64,000 nt of DNA from Octopus vulgaris (Eukaryota): positions 32,240,001-32,304,000 of the forward strand of contig OX597837.1 of assembly GCA_951406725.2 (NCBI GenBank), in the 5' to 3' direction. The position numbers and the translations under genes are program-made. The notes under the pieces are model-generated. The model was not told the origin of the DNA. It made no database searches and saw only the letters and a list, made by a program, of their open reading frames with translations. This document shows positions 16,120 through 29,640 of this stretch, piece after piece (within the stretch, counting starts at the first letter, position 1; each line of letters opens with the position of its first letter).

Positions 16120-16130
16120 GGATAGATAGA
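15682..16130. repeat. (GATA)n/(GGTA)n microsatellite
   Basis: Direct sequence. Confidence 0.95.
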
Positions 16131-16769
16131 AAAAGTTCTAGTTTACACAAAGTAGTGCAAAGGGAGATCAGAATCTTAAACTAAAACTTCTGCCTGAGGG
16201 TGAAGTAATTGAGAGGTAGAGAATTTAACAAGAAGGATGATCAAAATTGAGTGGATATGGAAGTAGAAAGACAAACAAATGATAACAGGCATAAAAATGC
16301 AGTTGTATGAAAAGTTATGGATGCAATTTACATGGCCTAATCATATAAATCAAGTCATATCTTTACAGCTGTTTCAAATGATTGATGACCAGTTGATGTA
16401 ACAATGCACATTATGCACACAAGAGTAATACTGACCAAGTGTTGTACTCTTTCGCCACAACTTTCTCTCACTCTCTCTTCCTGTTTCTTGAGTAATGCTG
16501 TGATGGACTGGCGTCACGTCCAGCTGGGGGGAACGCATACACCACAGAAACCGGGGGAAACCGAGCCCACGATCCTGGCTAGGCTTGGAAGGGGCGACGT
16601 TGTATTTCTTGATACCAGAATGTTAAACTAATTAAACTTTTATTACCAAATGATTGGTACCAGATTTTAATGGCAGATTATTGATAACAGATTGTCAAAG
16701 CCAAATGATTGATGCCAAATGACTATCAAAAAATGGTTAATTCCAGATTGGTAATGCCAGATGGTTGAT

Positions 16770-17191
16770 ACTTTACTTTACTTTACTTCACTTTACTTAC
16801 TTGTTTCAGTCATTTGACTGCAGCCATGCTGGAGCACCGCCTTTAGTCGAGCAAATCGACCCCGTGACTTATTCTTTGTAAGCCCAGTACTTATTCTATC
16901 GGTCTCTTTTGCCGAACCGCTAAGTGACAGGGACATAAACACACCAGCATCGGTTGTCAAGCAATGCTAGGGGGACAAACACAGACACACAAACACACAC
17001 ACACATACATATATACATATATATACATATATAGGACAGGCTTCTTTCAGTTTCCGTCTACCAAATCCACTCACGAGGCATTGGTCGGCTCGGGGCTATA
17101 GCAGAAGACACTTGCCCAAGATGCCACGCAGTGGGACTGAACCTGGAACCATGTGGTTGGTAAACAAGCTACTTACCACACAGCCACTCCT
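16770..17191 (-). mobile_element. SINE family A, full length
   Basis: Head, CORE-like segment, internal microsatellite and tail all present. Confidence 0.92.
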
Positions 17192-17749
17192 ACCATATTT
17201 TTAATGCCAAATGGTTGGTGTTATCATTAATACTAAATGGCTGATACCAAAGTGGTAGTACTAGATGGTTGACGCCAAATGTTAACGCCAAATGGTTGAT
17301 AACAGAATGGTGATGCCAGATGTCAGCATCAAATGGTTAATACCAGATTAGTGGTGCTATATGGTTGATGCCAGATGTTAATAACAATTGGCTAATACCA
17401 AATTAGCGATTCTTTATCTGAATAGCAAATGATTGGTACTAGAATTTTAATGCCAGATGGTTTGTGCTAAGCATGAACGCTACATGATTGCTACCAGATT
17501 AGTGAAAACAGATTTGCGATTCTGATGGTTGGTACCAAACTGTTAACATTAGCAGGTTGATATCAGATCGGTAATCTCGGAATGGTAGCACCAGATTAAC
17601 ACAAGGAAAATTAACAGCAGGTGGTTGACATCCAGTTAAAATGAGACGACTGACACGAGAATCTTAACCGCAAAACATTGACACTACAAAATATATGCTC
17701 ATATCCATATGTGTGTATAAGGCATTTGCATATACACACATATACACAA

Positions 17750-18600
17750 AGGCAGTGAGCTGGCAGAATTGTTGGCACTCTGGCCAAAATGCTTAGCGGT
17801 ATTTCATCTGCTGTTATGTTCTGAGTTCAATTTCCGCTGAGGTCGACTTTGCCTTTCATCTTTTTGGGGCTGATTAAATAAGTACCAGTTACACACTGGG
17901 GTCGATGTAATCGACTTAATCCGTTTGTCTGTCCTTGTTTGTCCTCTTTATGTGTAGCCCCTTGTGGGTAGTAAAGAAATAAGTATTTCATCTGCTGTTA
18001 TGTTCTGAGTTCAAATTCCGCCGAGGTCGTCTTTACCTTTCATCCTTTCGGGGTCGATTAAATAAGTACCAGTTACACACTGGGGTCGATGTAATCGACT
18101 TAATCCATTTGTCTGTCCTTGTTTGTCCTCTCTGTGTTTATCTCCTTGCTGGTAGTAAAGAAATAGATATTTCATCTGCCGCTATGTTCTGAGTTCAAAT
18201 TCCGCCGAGGTCGACCTTGCCTTACATCCTTTTGGGGTTGATTAAATAAGTAGCAGTTACACACTGGGGTCGATGTAATCAACTTAATCCATTTGTCTGA
18301 CCTTGTTTGTCCCCCTCTATATTTAGCCCTCCGTGAGCAATAAAATATAAACATCGGTACTACATTGACACAAACAGATAAATACCAAAAGATTAACATC
18401 AGTAGTGAGGATTAGTACCAGAAGCTTTGATACGAAAAGGGTTTTTCTGAGTTTAAATTCCGCCGAGGTTGACTTTGCCTTTCATCCTTTTGGGGCTGAT
18501 TAAATAAGTACCAGTTACACACTGGGGTCGATGTAATCAACTTAATCCATTTGTCTGTCCTTGTTTGTCCCTCTCTATATTTAGCACCCTGTGGGCAATA
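17750..18600 (+). mobile_element. SINE family B (Meta-domain-like) tandem multimer, plus a local duplication of the last unit with its flank
   Basis: Repeated gaggtcgactttgcctttcatcctttcggggtcgattaaataagtaccag. ~184-bp units. 18195-18445 is duplicated at 18445-18710. Confidence 0.88.
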
Positions 18601-19221
18601 AAAAATAAAAATTGATACTAGATTTGACACAAACAGATAAATACCAAAAGATTAACATCAGTAGTTTAACAAGTGAGGATTAGTACCAGAAGCTTTGATA
18701 CGAAAAGGGTTTACACCAAAAGGCTGACATCCAAAGACTGATACCAAACTAACACTCTAAGCATCAACAGGTTTCTGCCAGATGGTTAACATTCTGAAGA
18801 CTGGCACCAGAAGGTTAACATGTTGTAGTTTTGCTTTCAGAAATGTATACAATTACTTCTGATGATGTAGGGTAAATTTCAATGCGATATTTCCAACAAA
18901 AAAAAATTAGAAAAAAAAAAACAAAAAAAAAAAATAATAATAATAATAATAAAAAGTAACCTTCAGTTTAAATCAAATGTGTTAGTCGTTGCCTAGTAAA
19001 CATTGAACCATACAACCACAGAAGAATGTTCTTCCGGTCTTTAACATTGGTACAAATGGCTCTACATAATCTTTTATGTGGGTTTAGTTTCCTTTCTGCC
19101 ACAAAAAATTCTCAAAAAAAAAAATGTTGTTTCTTTGTTTTTTATTGTTTTTTTACATACATTCACCTCTCCTGTCTCCGTTTCTCTATACGTAGCTTTT
19201 TTATCTTTTTTTCTGCATGTT

Positions 19222-19280
<59 letters not shown>

Positions 19281-19379
19281 CTGTATCAACCTGTATCTCT
19301 GGGTATGTAGCCACACATGAATGCATGTGTGTATGTATTTATGCTTCATTATATACCATTACAATTGTGTGCTTATATA

Positions 19380-19419
<40 letters not shown>

Positions 19420-19439
19420 CATATATATATATATGTATG

Positions 19440-19503
<64 letters not shown>

Positions 19504-19632
19504 AGTATGTATGTATGTATCTATGTATGTATATATATATATGCATGTATGTATATATATATGTGTATGTATATATATATATATGTGTGTGTATATATAT
19601 ATATATATATACATACATGCATACATACATAC

Positions 19633-19680
<48 letters not shown>

Positions 19681-19683
<3 letters not shown>

Positions 19684-19855
19684 CGTTTTTGGATTTGGTT
19701 TGCAAGATTCTTTATGTGAGTTCGTGTGTTGAAGCATATTCTGTTGTGTCTGGGGAGAGTCCTTCTCTTTTAGTGCCTTGTAATTTAACACATTCACCGG
19801 TAAAATTTCCACTCATTTCCTTCTTTATTTTTCTAAAATTTTCGTTGCATCTTTA
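19681..19855 (-). mobile_element. Penelope-like AT-rich fragment abutting (TA)n (family also at 13030-13165 and 58852-59100)
   Basis: Three dispersed copies of ttttggatttggtttgcaagattctttatgtgag...aaaatttccac. Confidence 0.6.
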
Positions 19856-20316
19856 AACAACTATTGAAATGGTTGAAAAGGTTGTCAGCACCAGAAGAAG
19901 ATCTTGCAATGCTTCCAAGTTGTTCCTGCATTTTCTTCATAAGGAAAAAACATCTCAAATATTAATTCACCTACATTTCAACTTAAAGTCTGGGCGTGCT
20001 ATCTGCCAGTTTCTTAATTAGCTTTAGCGTAGCTGTTTTAGTATTTTGTAATCATTAACTTTATGTTAACATCTGCTAAGACAACTGATTCCTACTACTG
20101 TACAGACGATTTTTTCTCTCTGTCACAGATTATTATATCTCCTCTGTTATGCCTACATTTTACAATGGTTTTGACATGCGTTTTCTACAAGTTTTCATTC
20201 ATATAATGGGTGAATACGTTCTCTCTCTATCGCTGCGACTTCTTATGCTTTAGTCTCCAGGACTAGCCTTTCTATGGATTGTAAATGTATGTATGTATGC
20301 ATGTATGTATGTATGT

Positions 20317-20870
20317 CAGGTCACTTTCGAGTGCTACTGGTAACATGTAACCCAGTGCAACCTGTTGCATGGTCGGGTCGTCAGCGACTAAACCAGCAGC
20401 CCCACCAAGATTGCTTGGTGAGGAGGGTGTTTATTGGACACCCTGAGGGATGAAAAACAAAACCCGTCAAAGGGAAGAGGAACTCTTGAGAGTCAACGGC
20501 CATCCAATAAATGTCTTAAGGCTGTATCATGCACGGGGACATAGAAATAATCGAACTGAATACCCGATCATGCGGTTAAACCATTGGGAGTGAAGGACTC
20601 CTAGCCTTTGTTAGGGCATCCTTCTAGGAGAAGGTAACTCAGGTAACTGGGATAACTCCGACATAAAACCTGTGGCTCAGTGGTTATCGATGATGTTGAC
20701 TTGTTCTTCTTTTCGGATTATGGCTGCTGTTGCTTAGTGAGTGGGATTGACTCAGAGCACAGCCTTTCCTCTCTTAAGACAAAAAATCTTCTTGCACAGG
20801 CATTGCACGATAACAACATTGATTAAGCTTCGTGCAATGGCCATACTCAATAACGAGGGGTCAGCCACCA
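20317..20870 (+). mobile_element. RTE-type LINE 5'UTR-like segment without an ORF
   Basis: gggcatccttctaggagaaggtaactc...aaaacc resembles the conserved RTE 5'UTR motif. GC-rich island between microsatellites. Confidence 0.45.
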
Positions 20871-20887
20871 TATATGTATGTATATAT

Positions 20888-21118
20888 AGGCGGCGAGCTG
20901 GTAGAAACGTTAGCACGCCGGGTGAAATTCGTAGCAGTATTTCGTCTGTCGTTACGTTCCGAGTTCAAATTCCGCCGAGGTCGACTTTGCCTTTCATCCT
21001 TTCGGGGTCGATAAATTAAGTACCAGTTACGCACTGGGGTCGATGTAATCGACTTAATCCCTTTGTCTGTCCTTGTTTGTCCCCTCTATGTTTAGCCCGT
21101 TGTGGGTAGTAAAGAAAT
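20888..21118 (+). mobile_element. SINE family B monomer
   Basis: ggcggcgagctggtagaaacgttagc head, gagttcaaattc B box, Meta-like core, ends gtagtaaagaaata. Confidence 0.9.
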
Positions 21119-21136
21119 ATATATGTATGTATGTAT

Positions 21137-21272
21137 GAAATCTCGAGTTGCGCATGAGAAAGTAAGGAGGGATGTCAGGAAGGGCATCACTGTTACACTT
21201 CCAGATGGGAAGGGTCTTCCTATGATGCTGACATGCAGGGTCTGTGCAAGACCGTGCCTCAGTAAAGTGTTT
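21137..21272 (+). mobile_element. RTE LINE C-terminal fragment
   Basis: [14 protein letters not shown]...[13 protein letters not shown], like the terminal C2H2-type motif of RTE ORFs. Confidence 0.45.
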
Positions 21273-21304
21273 ATGAGAACGTTCCAATAATATGCCTTGT
21301 GTTG

Positions 21305-22000
<696 letters not shown>

Positions 22001-22244
22001 TTATTTAAGTATGCACGGTTTCTTTATCTAAGAGAGTTCAAGCTAGTTACTAACAAAATGACAAAACTTTGAGTTAAGAGACTTCCTGGTGTTTGTAAAT
22101 ACATGGTAGAGCTGGTGTGTTGGTTGACCTATCAATGCATACAACCAAGTGTGAGCATCTATTCGCACAAGAATCTCAGACTGAGAATTTTGGAATGCCT
22201 TAAAGTCTTCATTGTGCCATTAATAGATTGAAATTTGAGAATCC

Positions 22245-22590
22245 TCTTTTACTCTTTCTCTTTTATCTCTTTTACTTGTTTCAGTCATTTGACTGTGGCC
22301 ATGCTGGAGCACCGCCTTTAGTCGAGCAAATCGACCCCGGGACTTATTCTTTGTAAGCCCAGTACTTATTCTATCAGTCTCTTTTGCCGAACCGCTAAGT
22401 GACGGGGACGTAAACACACCAGCATCGGTTGTCAAGCAATGCTAGGGAGACAAACACACAAACACACACACATACACACACACATACATATATATACATA
22501 TATACGACAGGCTTCTTTCAGTTTCCGTCTACCAAATCCACTCTGAACCCGTAACTCAGTACTTGGCAAGCAAGCTTCTTACCACACATC
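22245..22590 (-). mobile_element. SINE family A with an internal deletion
   Basis: Tail and body intact, CORE-like part missing. Confidence 0.85.
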
Positions 22591-22731
22591 TACTCTTGTG
22601 CAACACCGCATCTTTTGTGTTTGCACTAGGTTACCACTCTTATGGGATAAATCCTATAATGTTCCTTATACATTTGGCTCTAGTATGTCTTCGGTATGTC
22701 CATAAGAACAGTTCAGAAAATTCACACATTA

Positions 22732-23145
22732 GGCACAGGAGTGGCTGTGTGGTAAGTAGCTTGCTTACTAACCACATGGTTCCGGGTTCAGTCCCACTGC
22801 GTGGCATCTTGGGCAAATGGCTTCTACTATAGCCTCAGGCCGACCAAAGCCTTGTGAGTGGATTTGGTAGACGGAAACTGAAAGAAGCCCGTCGTATATA
22901 TGTATATATATATATATATGTGTGTGGGTGGGTGTTTGTGTGTCTGTGTTTGTCCCCCTAGCATTGCTTGACAACCGATGCTGGTGTGTTTACGTCCCCA
23001 TTACTTAGCGGTTTGGCAAAAGAGACCGATAGAATAAGTACTGGGCTTACCAAAGAATAAGTCCTGGGGTCGATTTGCTCGACTAAAGGCGGTGCTCCAG
23101 CATGGCCGCAGTCAAATGACTGAAACAAGTAAAAAGGTAAAAGAT
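22732..23145 (+). mobile_element. SINE family A, full length
   Basis: ggcacaggagtggctgtgtgg...gactgaaacaagtaaaa. Confidence 0.92.
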
Positions 23146-23219
23146 TAACGAGAGAGTACATACCTAAGATGCAAACACACAATAATGATAAACAGATCAT
23201 GTTTCTTCTCCCAACATGC

Positions 23220-23258
23220 ATGTGTGTGTGTGTGTGTGTGTGTGTGTTGTGTGTGTGT

Positions 23259-23309
<51 letters not shown>

Positions 23310-23589
23310 GTGTGTATGTGTGTCTCTGTGTGTGTCTGTGTGTGTGTGTCTGTGTGTGTATGTGTGTGTGTATGTCTGTGTGTGTGTGTCTGTGTGTGTG
23401 TGTGTGAATGTGTCTGTGTGTGTGTGTGTCTGTGTGTGTGTCTGTGTGTGTGTCTGTGTGTGTGTCTGTGTGTGTGTCTGTGTGTGTGTGTTTCTGTGTG
23501 TGTGTCTGTGTGTGTGTATGTGTGTGTGTCTGTGTGTGTGTCTGTGTGTGTGTGTGTGTGTGTGTGTTTCTGTGTGTGTGTCTGTGTGT

Positions 23590-23660
<71 letters not shown>
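23220..23660. repeat. (TG)n/(TGTGTC)n microsatellite
   Basis: Direct sequence. Confidence 0.95.
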
Positions 23661-23661
<1 letters not shown>

Positions 23662-23982
23662 ATGCTAGTATGCATGAAAAATAAATCCTTCCAGTGGTGT
23701 ATGGTGATTGTTGAATAGGGTGTGCTATCACACCCAACGCTACCAGATTACAAGCAGGGGTGTAACAAAAGTTTTCCATTAAGGTCTGTGATTAAATTAA
23801 CGGGTAAAGTTAATTATTTATAATGAATTTACCATTTTCGATGGGTGTGCAGTGCACATGTAGTACACCCAGTATATACACCCCCTGAATCCTTCCTATA
23901 ATGTTGTATATCAGTAAAAGAATGTCTGAGTGAGTGTATTGATTCCTAGCAACATGAACACATAGAGATACCAAGAGACCCT

Positions 23983-24583
23983 TATTTCTTTACTGCCCAC
24001 AAGGGGCTAAACACAGAGGGGACAAACAAAAACAGACAAACGGATTAAGGCGATTATATTGACCCCAGTGTGTCGCTGGTACTTATTTAATTGACCCTGA
24101 AAGGATGAAAAGCAAAGTCGACCTCAGCTGAATTTGAACTCGGAACGTAACAGTAGACGAAATACCTATTTCTTTACTACCCACAAGGGGCTAGACACAG
24201 AGGGGACAAACAAAGACAGACAAACGGATTAAGGCGATTATATCGACCCCAGTGTGTAACTGGTACTTATTTAACCGACCATGAAAGGATGAAAGGCAAA
24301 GTCGACCTCGGCTAAATTTGAACTCAGAACATAACAGTAGACAAAATACCTATTTCTTTACTGCCCACAAGGGGCTAAACACAGAGGTGACAAACAAAAA
24401 CAGACAAACGGATTAAGGCGATTATATTGACCCCAGTGTGTAGCTGGTACTTATTTAATCAACCATGAAAGGATGAAAGGCAAAGTCGACCTCAGCAGAA
24501 TTTGAACTCAGAACGTAACAGTAGACAAAATACCGCTAAGCATTTCGCCCAGCGTGCTAACATTTCTGCCAGCTCACCGCCTT
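23983..24583 (-). mobile_element. SINE family B trimer
   Basis: Three ~184-bp units with a head only on the first. Junction aaatacctatttcttta. Confidence 0.9.
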
Positions 24584-24712
24584 TACCAAGATGCACTTAC
24601 TGGAGTCATACTTCAGTAAGTGTATCTCGGTACTCCAGTCTGCCTCATAACTTGAAATTTAAAAAGAAAATTATGGGAATCTTGTCACAAAAAAAAAAAA
24701 AAAAGAAAATGT

Positions 24713-25113
24713 AGCGCAGGAGTGGCTGTGTGGTAAGTAGCTTGTTTACCAGCCACATGGTTCCGGGTTCAGTCCCACTGCGTGGCATCTTGGGCAAGTG
24801 TCTTCTGCTATAGCCCCAGGCCGACCAATGCCTTGAGAGTGGATTTGGTAGATGGAAACTGAAAGAAGCATGTCGTATATATGTATAAATATATATGTGT
24901 GTGTTTGCGTGTCTGTGTTTGTCCCCCTAGCATTGCTTGACAACCAATGCTGGTGTGTTTACGTCCCCGTCACTTAGCGGTTCAGCAAAAAGAGACCGAT
25001 AGAATAAGTACTGGGCTTACAAAAGAATAAGTCCCGGGGTCGATTTGCTCGATTAAAGGCGGTGCTCCAGCATGGCCGCAGTCAAATGACTGAAACAAGT
25101 AAAAGAGTAAAAG
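24713..25113 (+). mobile_element. SINE family A, full length
   Basis: As other copies. Confidence 0.92.
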
Positions 25114-25404
25114 AGAGAGATTCCATTGTATTCTGGCAATGCTGGAGCATCGCGTGGTGTAAGTAAAATCTCTCAGCATCTAGTCTAAATAAAGCCATGT
25201 TTTAAAAGAAATCAAAATATGGCCTTCCAGTGTTAAAGAAATAGGAAAATTGTGGGGGAAAACCAAAAGGTTCTCAGTTTTTGGTGTAAAAAAAAATGAA
25301 AGTTTATACGTTTACAATGTCTCAGAATTCTTGTCTTTCCCATTAAAAATCCCTTTAAAGACACCCCAATCCCTATCTCTTGCCCCCTTCTGTCTGGCTT
25401 TAAA

Positions 25405-25676
25405 TCTCTCTCTTTCTTCCTCTCTCACTCTCACTTTCTCTCTTTCTTTCTCTCTTTCTCTCTCTCTCTCACACACACACACATGCACACATATACAAAT
25501 ACACATTCTCATTCCCTCTCTCTCTCTCTCTCACTCTCCCCTTTCTCTCACCCCTCACTCTCTCAGCTCTCTCCCCCTCTTCATCTCCCTCTCTCTCTCT
25601 TTATCTCTCTCTTTCTCTCTCTCACACAAGTACGCACACACATACAAACTTACACGTCCTTTTTCCTTTTCTTGCT

Positions 25677-25716
<40 letters not shown>

Positions 25717-25858
25717 TACAGACCTACAAACACACACATTCCCTGTTTCTGCCTGTCTCTCCCTCTCTCCCTCTCTCTCTCTCATTCTCTTACACACACA
25801 CACACACATATACAAACACACACACACACATATACAAACACACACACACATATACAAA

Positions 25859-25890
<32 letters not shown>

Positions 25891-26030
25891 TACACATACA
25901 AACCTACAAACGCACACGTTCCCTGTCTCTGCCTGTCTCTCCCTCTCTCCATCTCTCTCTCACTCTCTTACACACACACACACACATATACAAACACTCA
26001 CTCTCTCTCTCTCTCTTGCTCTCTCTCTTG

Positions 26031-26070
<40 letters not shown>

Positions 26071-26097
26071 AACACTCACTCTCTCTCTCTCTCTCTT

Positions 26098-26128
<31 letters not shown>

Positions 26129-26139
26129 TATACAAACAC

Positions 26140-26200
<61 letters not shown>

Positions 26201-26229
26201 TACAAACACTCGCTCTCTCTCTCTCTCTT

Positions 26230-26260
<31 letters not shown>

Positions 26261-26413
26261 TATACAAACACTCACTCTCTCTCTCTCTTGCTCTCTCTCT
26301 TTCTCTCTCTTACACACGCACACACACACATATATACAAACACTCACTCTCTCTCTCTCTCTTTCTCTCTCTTACACACACACACACTCTCCCTCTCTCT
26401 TGCTCTCTCTCTT

Positions 26414-26466
<53 letters not shown>

Positions 26467-26471
26467 AACAC

Positions 26472-26561
<90 letters not shown>

Positions 26562-26640
26562 AACACACACACACACACACTCTCCCTCTCTCATGCTCTC
26601 TCTCTCTTTCACTCTTCCTCTCTCCCTGCTCTATCTCTTT
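25405..26640. repeat. Compound minisatellite of (CT)n-tta-(CA)n-tatacaaacact units
   Basis: Repeating ~55-70 bp higher-order unit. Source of the 495-aa and 398-aa low-complexity ORFs. Confidence 0.9.
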
Positions 26641-26909
26641 CCCCCATCTGCTCTCATTTCAGTTGGAAATATCTTATAGAAAAATCTCCTTTGAAATATT
26701 CTTCAAGACATCCGAGACATTTTTTTTACATAAATGAATGTGGAACTGTATGGAATTACATTAGTCCCATTTTATTTTTTTGTTTCTATTTTTATTTCAT
26801 TTCTCATTATTTATTTTTTTCCCCCTTAATCTTCACTCTATCTTCAACAATCTCAGTCCTCTGTGGAATAATGAAAGAATGGGGCCCCTGAAAAGGAAAC
26901 GTTTTCACT

Positions 26910-27122
26910 ATTGGGCTGGCAGAATCGTTAGCACTCTAGGCAAAATACTAAGTGGCATTTCATTTGTTTCATGCTTTGAGTTCAAGTTCCAACAAGGTCC
27001 AATTTCCCTTTCATCCTTTTGGAGTTGATAAAAAAAGTACCAGTTGCGCACTAGGACCAATCTACTCAATCTATCATTAACTTGAAGTTGCCGGCCTTGT
27101 GCCAAAACTTGAAAGCATTATT
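26910..27122 (+). mobile_element. Old family B SINE variant with an (ATT)n tail
   Basis: Meta-like core, then ggccttgtgccaaaacttgaaagcattatt. Confidence 0.7.
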
Positions 27123-27136
27123 GTTTTTTTAATATA

Positions 27137-27176
<40 letters not shown>

Positions 27177-27188
27177 TTATTATTATGT

Positions 27189-27525
27189 GAAGGCGCGTGG
27201 CTCAGTGGTTAGAGCATCGAGCTTACGATCGTGAGGTTGTGAGCTCGAATCCTGGACCGGGCTGCGTGTTGTGTTCTTGAGCAAGACACTTTATTTCACG
27301 TTGCTCCAGTTCACTCAGCTGTATAAGTGAGTTGCGACGTCACTGGTGCCAAGCTGTATCAGCCCCTTTGCCTTTCCCTTGGGTAACATCAGTGGCATAA
27401 AGAGGGGAGGCCGGTATGCATGGGTGACTGCTGGTCTTCCATAAAAAAACCTTGCCCAGACTTGTGCCTCAGAGGGTAACTCTCTAGGTGCAAACCCATG
27501 GTCAGTGTCTGACCGATGGGGGTCA
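27189..27525 (+). mobile_element. SINE family D (CORE-like body), tail v
   Basis: TGGCTCAGTGG and gagctcgaatcc boxes, then ttgagcaagacactttatttcacgttgctccag. Confidence 0.85.
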
Positions 27526-27533
27526 ATATAATA

Positions 27534-27581
<48 letters not shown>

Positions 27582-27583
<2 letters not shown>

Positions 27584-27816
27584 ATAGTTTTATTTTTATA
27601 GTGTGCTTTCACTTCACTACCGAGTGCAGCTCTGTGTGCCTTGGGTATGTGCTGTGATTTGTTGTGATGCTCTGATGGTTACTGTATTGAAAGTGTTCTG
27701 CGTAGGATGTGTGCAGTGCCTAGTAGTGCAATTTTCTGTATGTTATATGTGTTTGTAAGTCCTGGTGTTTTTGTTATGTATTTGTCTGAATATTTTTTTA
27801 TCATGCCTAATGCACC
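27582..27816 (-). mobile_element. R4/Dong-clade LINE 3' end (RLE domain C-terminus plus 3'UTR) in (AAT)n
   Basis: GALGMIKKYSDKYITKTPGLTNTYNIQKIALLGTAHILRRTLSIQ*. Confidence 0.85.
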
Positions 27817-27831
27817 TACTACTACTACTAC

Positions 27832-27877
<46 letters not shown>

Positions 27878-27937
27878 ATTATTATTATCGTTATTATCAT
27901 TATTATTATCATTATTATTATTATTATTATTATTATT

Positions 27938-28345
27938 GAGTGAGAGAGCAGTGTATGCCATCAAAGTGACACTGGGGTAAAATATACGAAGCCCAGTATA
28001 CCCATCATGACTACCTGTCTGATAAGGCTACACTAGTCACTTGCATCACAACCATGTGTGCACAACATGGTGATCTCAAATCAAGATAAACAGCACATGA
28101 CCTTGCAGGTGGGGCCCAGTTAGAATTTTCTTTTGGTCGAGTAACCCATCCCGCTCAAAAGGTCCCTGAATAAGTGTTGTTTAAGGATGTTGAACGAAAC
28201 ACCCAGGTTTCCAGAGGTGAATTATTCAAACCCCAAAGAATCCCTCTCAATACATGGCTATGATGCTCCCCCACTACTTCTGCTCGTGATCAGAGATGCA
28301 CATATTGTCAACCACTAAGGGACTTGCTCAACTGGTTATGGTCAA
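27938..28345 (-). mobile_element. Non-coding (AAT)n-associated retroelement 3' segment
   Basis: Reverse complement of ~44415-44820. Ends ctctctcactc followed by (AAT)n. Confidence 0.75.
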
Positions 28346-28512
28346 ACATTACTTGAATAAACACTGAAATAGCAAAAAAAACAATTAATTAAACAAAAGA
28401 ACCACTCAAAATATACAACAAGAAAAGTTTAGTGAACAATTTAATAGATAAAATATTTAATGGATAAAAATATTCCAAACACTCAAACAGGTAAATTTGA
28501 AGATAGTGATAG

Positions 28513-28900
28513 TGGAAGCACTCCATCGGTTACGACGACGAGGGTTCCGGTTGATCCGATCAATGGAACAGCCTGCTCGTGAAATTAACGTGTAAGTGGC
28601 TGAGCACTCCACAGTCACACGTGCACCCTTAACGTAGTTCTTGGGGATATTCAGCGTGACACAGAGAGTGACAAGGCCGGCCCTTTGAAATACAGGTACA
28701 ACAGAAATGGGAAGTAAGAGTGAGAGAAAGTTGTGGTGAAAGAGTACAGCAGGGATCACCACCATCCCCTGCCGGAGCCTCATGGAGCTTTTAGGTGTTT
28801 TCGCTCAATAAACATTCACAATGCCCGGTCTGGGAATCGAAACCGCGATCCTATGACCGCGAGTCCACTGCCCTAACCACTGGGCCATTGCGCCTCCACA
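28513..28900 (-). mobile_element. SINE family C (tRNA-Arg-like head), tail i
   Basis: tggaggcgcaatggcccagtggttagggcag head. TSD atagtgatagt. Confidence 0.92.
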
Positions 28901-29489
28901 TAGTGATAGTAGTAACAAAAGGAATGACTGGGACCTTTACATACACAACCACATTAGACAAAGACTAGTATTGGGGCCCCTAAGCCCATGAGGCTCAGTG
29001 TGCCCTTAAATAGTGCTGTCTCCCCTTAATTATTGTTTGCTGGCTGATGGCCTCCTGCTTGGATTTTGCCAATGGACAGCTAATGTTTAAGATGTTTCTA
29101 AGGCTTTTGTTTGTGAATATTTAAAGCTTTTTGAGAATATCTGCATTTATTTGGCAAAAACAAAAAATGGGAATTTTATAAATTTCAGCTTATTGATTTT
29201 TTTTTGGTTTTTCTTTTAGCAATACTTACAATAGGGTATACCTAAAGACTTTTGCTACTTTTGTATTTGCAAATTAAATAGATTTACTAAATTTACTAAG
29301 TAAATTAATTTGATTTATGAATACAGTTTTACCTAAAACTTTTTGGGTATATGGAGATGTACTTGCATAGCAAGTGACCTGATCTGAGATTGTGTGCTGC
29401 AACGAAAACAATTGCAGCATGGAAGGTGTTTATAAGCCATTTTAGAAACACACAAAATCCATTAGATTCACTTCAACATTTAAATTTAA

Positions 29490-29540
29490 TTTGTCAAAAT
29501 ATTTTCCTCGCTTTGAGACCATGACCTGTTCACTGACAAA
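29490..29540 (-). ncRNA. Minimal hammerhead-like motif, variant core GUGAACA (G3-C8), stem II decayed
   Basis: tttgtca GTGAACA ggtcatggtctcaaagcgag GAAA atat T T tgacaaa. Confidence 0.55.
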
Positions 29541-29590
29541 CTTCTGTACTCACTCCATTGTAAATTTTAATATGAAAAATAAATACTTAC

Positions 29591-29640
29591 CAGTACATCA
29601 GTAACTCAAGTACTTTTCTGGTTCTAAATCGGATCAAGTT
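29591..29640 (-). CDS. Putative 50-nt internal exon of an unidentified gene (NLIRFRTRKVLELLMY)
   Basis: Acceptor ttctcatcttcatttcttcaatAG, donor CTG/GTAAGT. Only one open frame (phase 0 to 2). Confidence 0.5.

Larger units (their letters stand above)
16610..18830. repeat. Old degenerate ~14-bp minisatellite interrupted by SINEs
   Basis: Recurring ccagatggttgat(a/g)-like units at 16610-16770, 17200-17680 and 18380-18830. Confidence 0.6.

Noticed and set aside
24586-24645. ~20-bp hairpin (gatgcacttactggagt/acttcagtaagtgtatc) as a miRNA
   Set aside because: The 3-nt loop and short stem are atypical of pre-miRNAs.
27189-27262. tRNA genes at SINE heads (also 848, 28830, 48361, 61019)
   Set aside because: A and B boxes are present but there is no proper acceptor stem. 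They continue into SINE bodies, several with TSDs.
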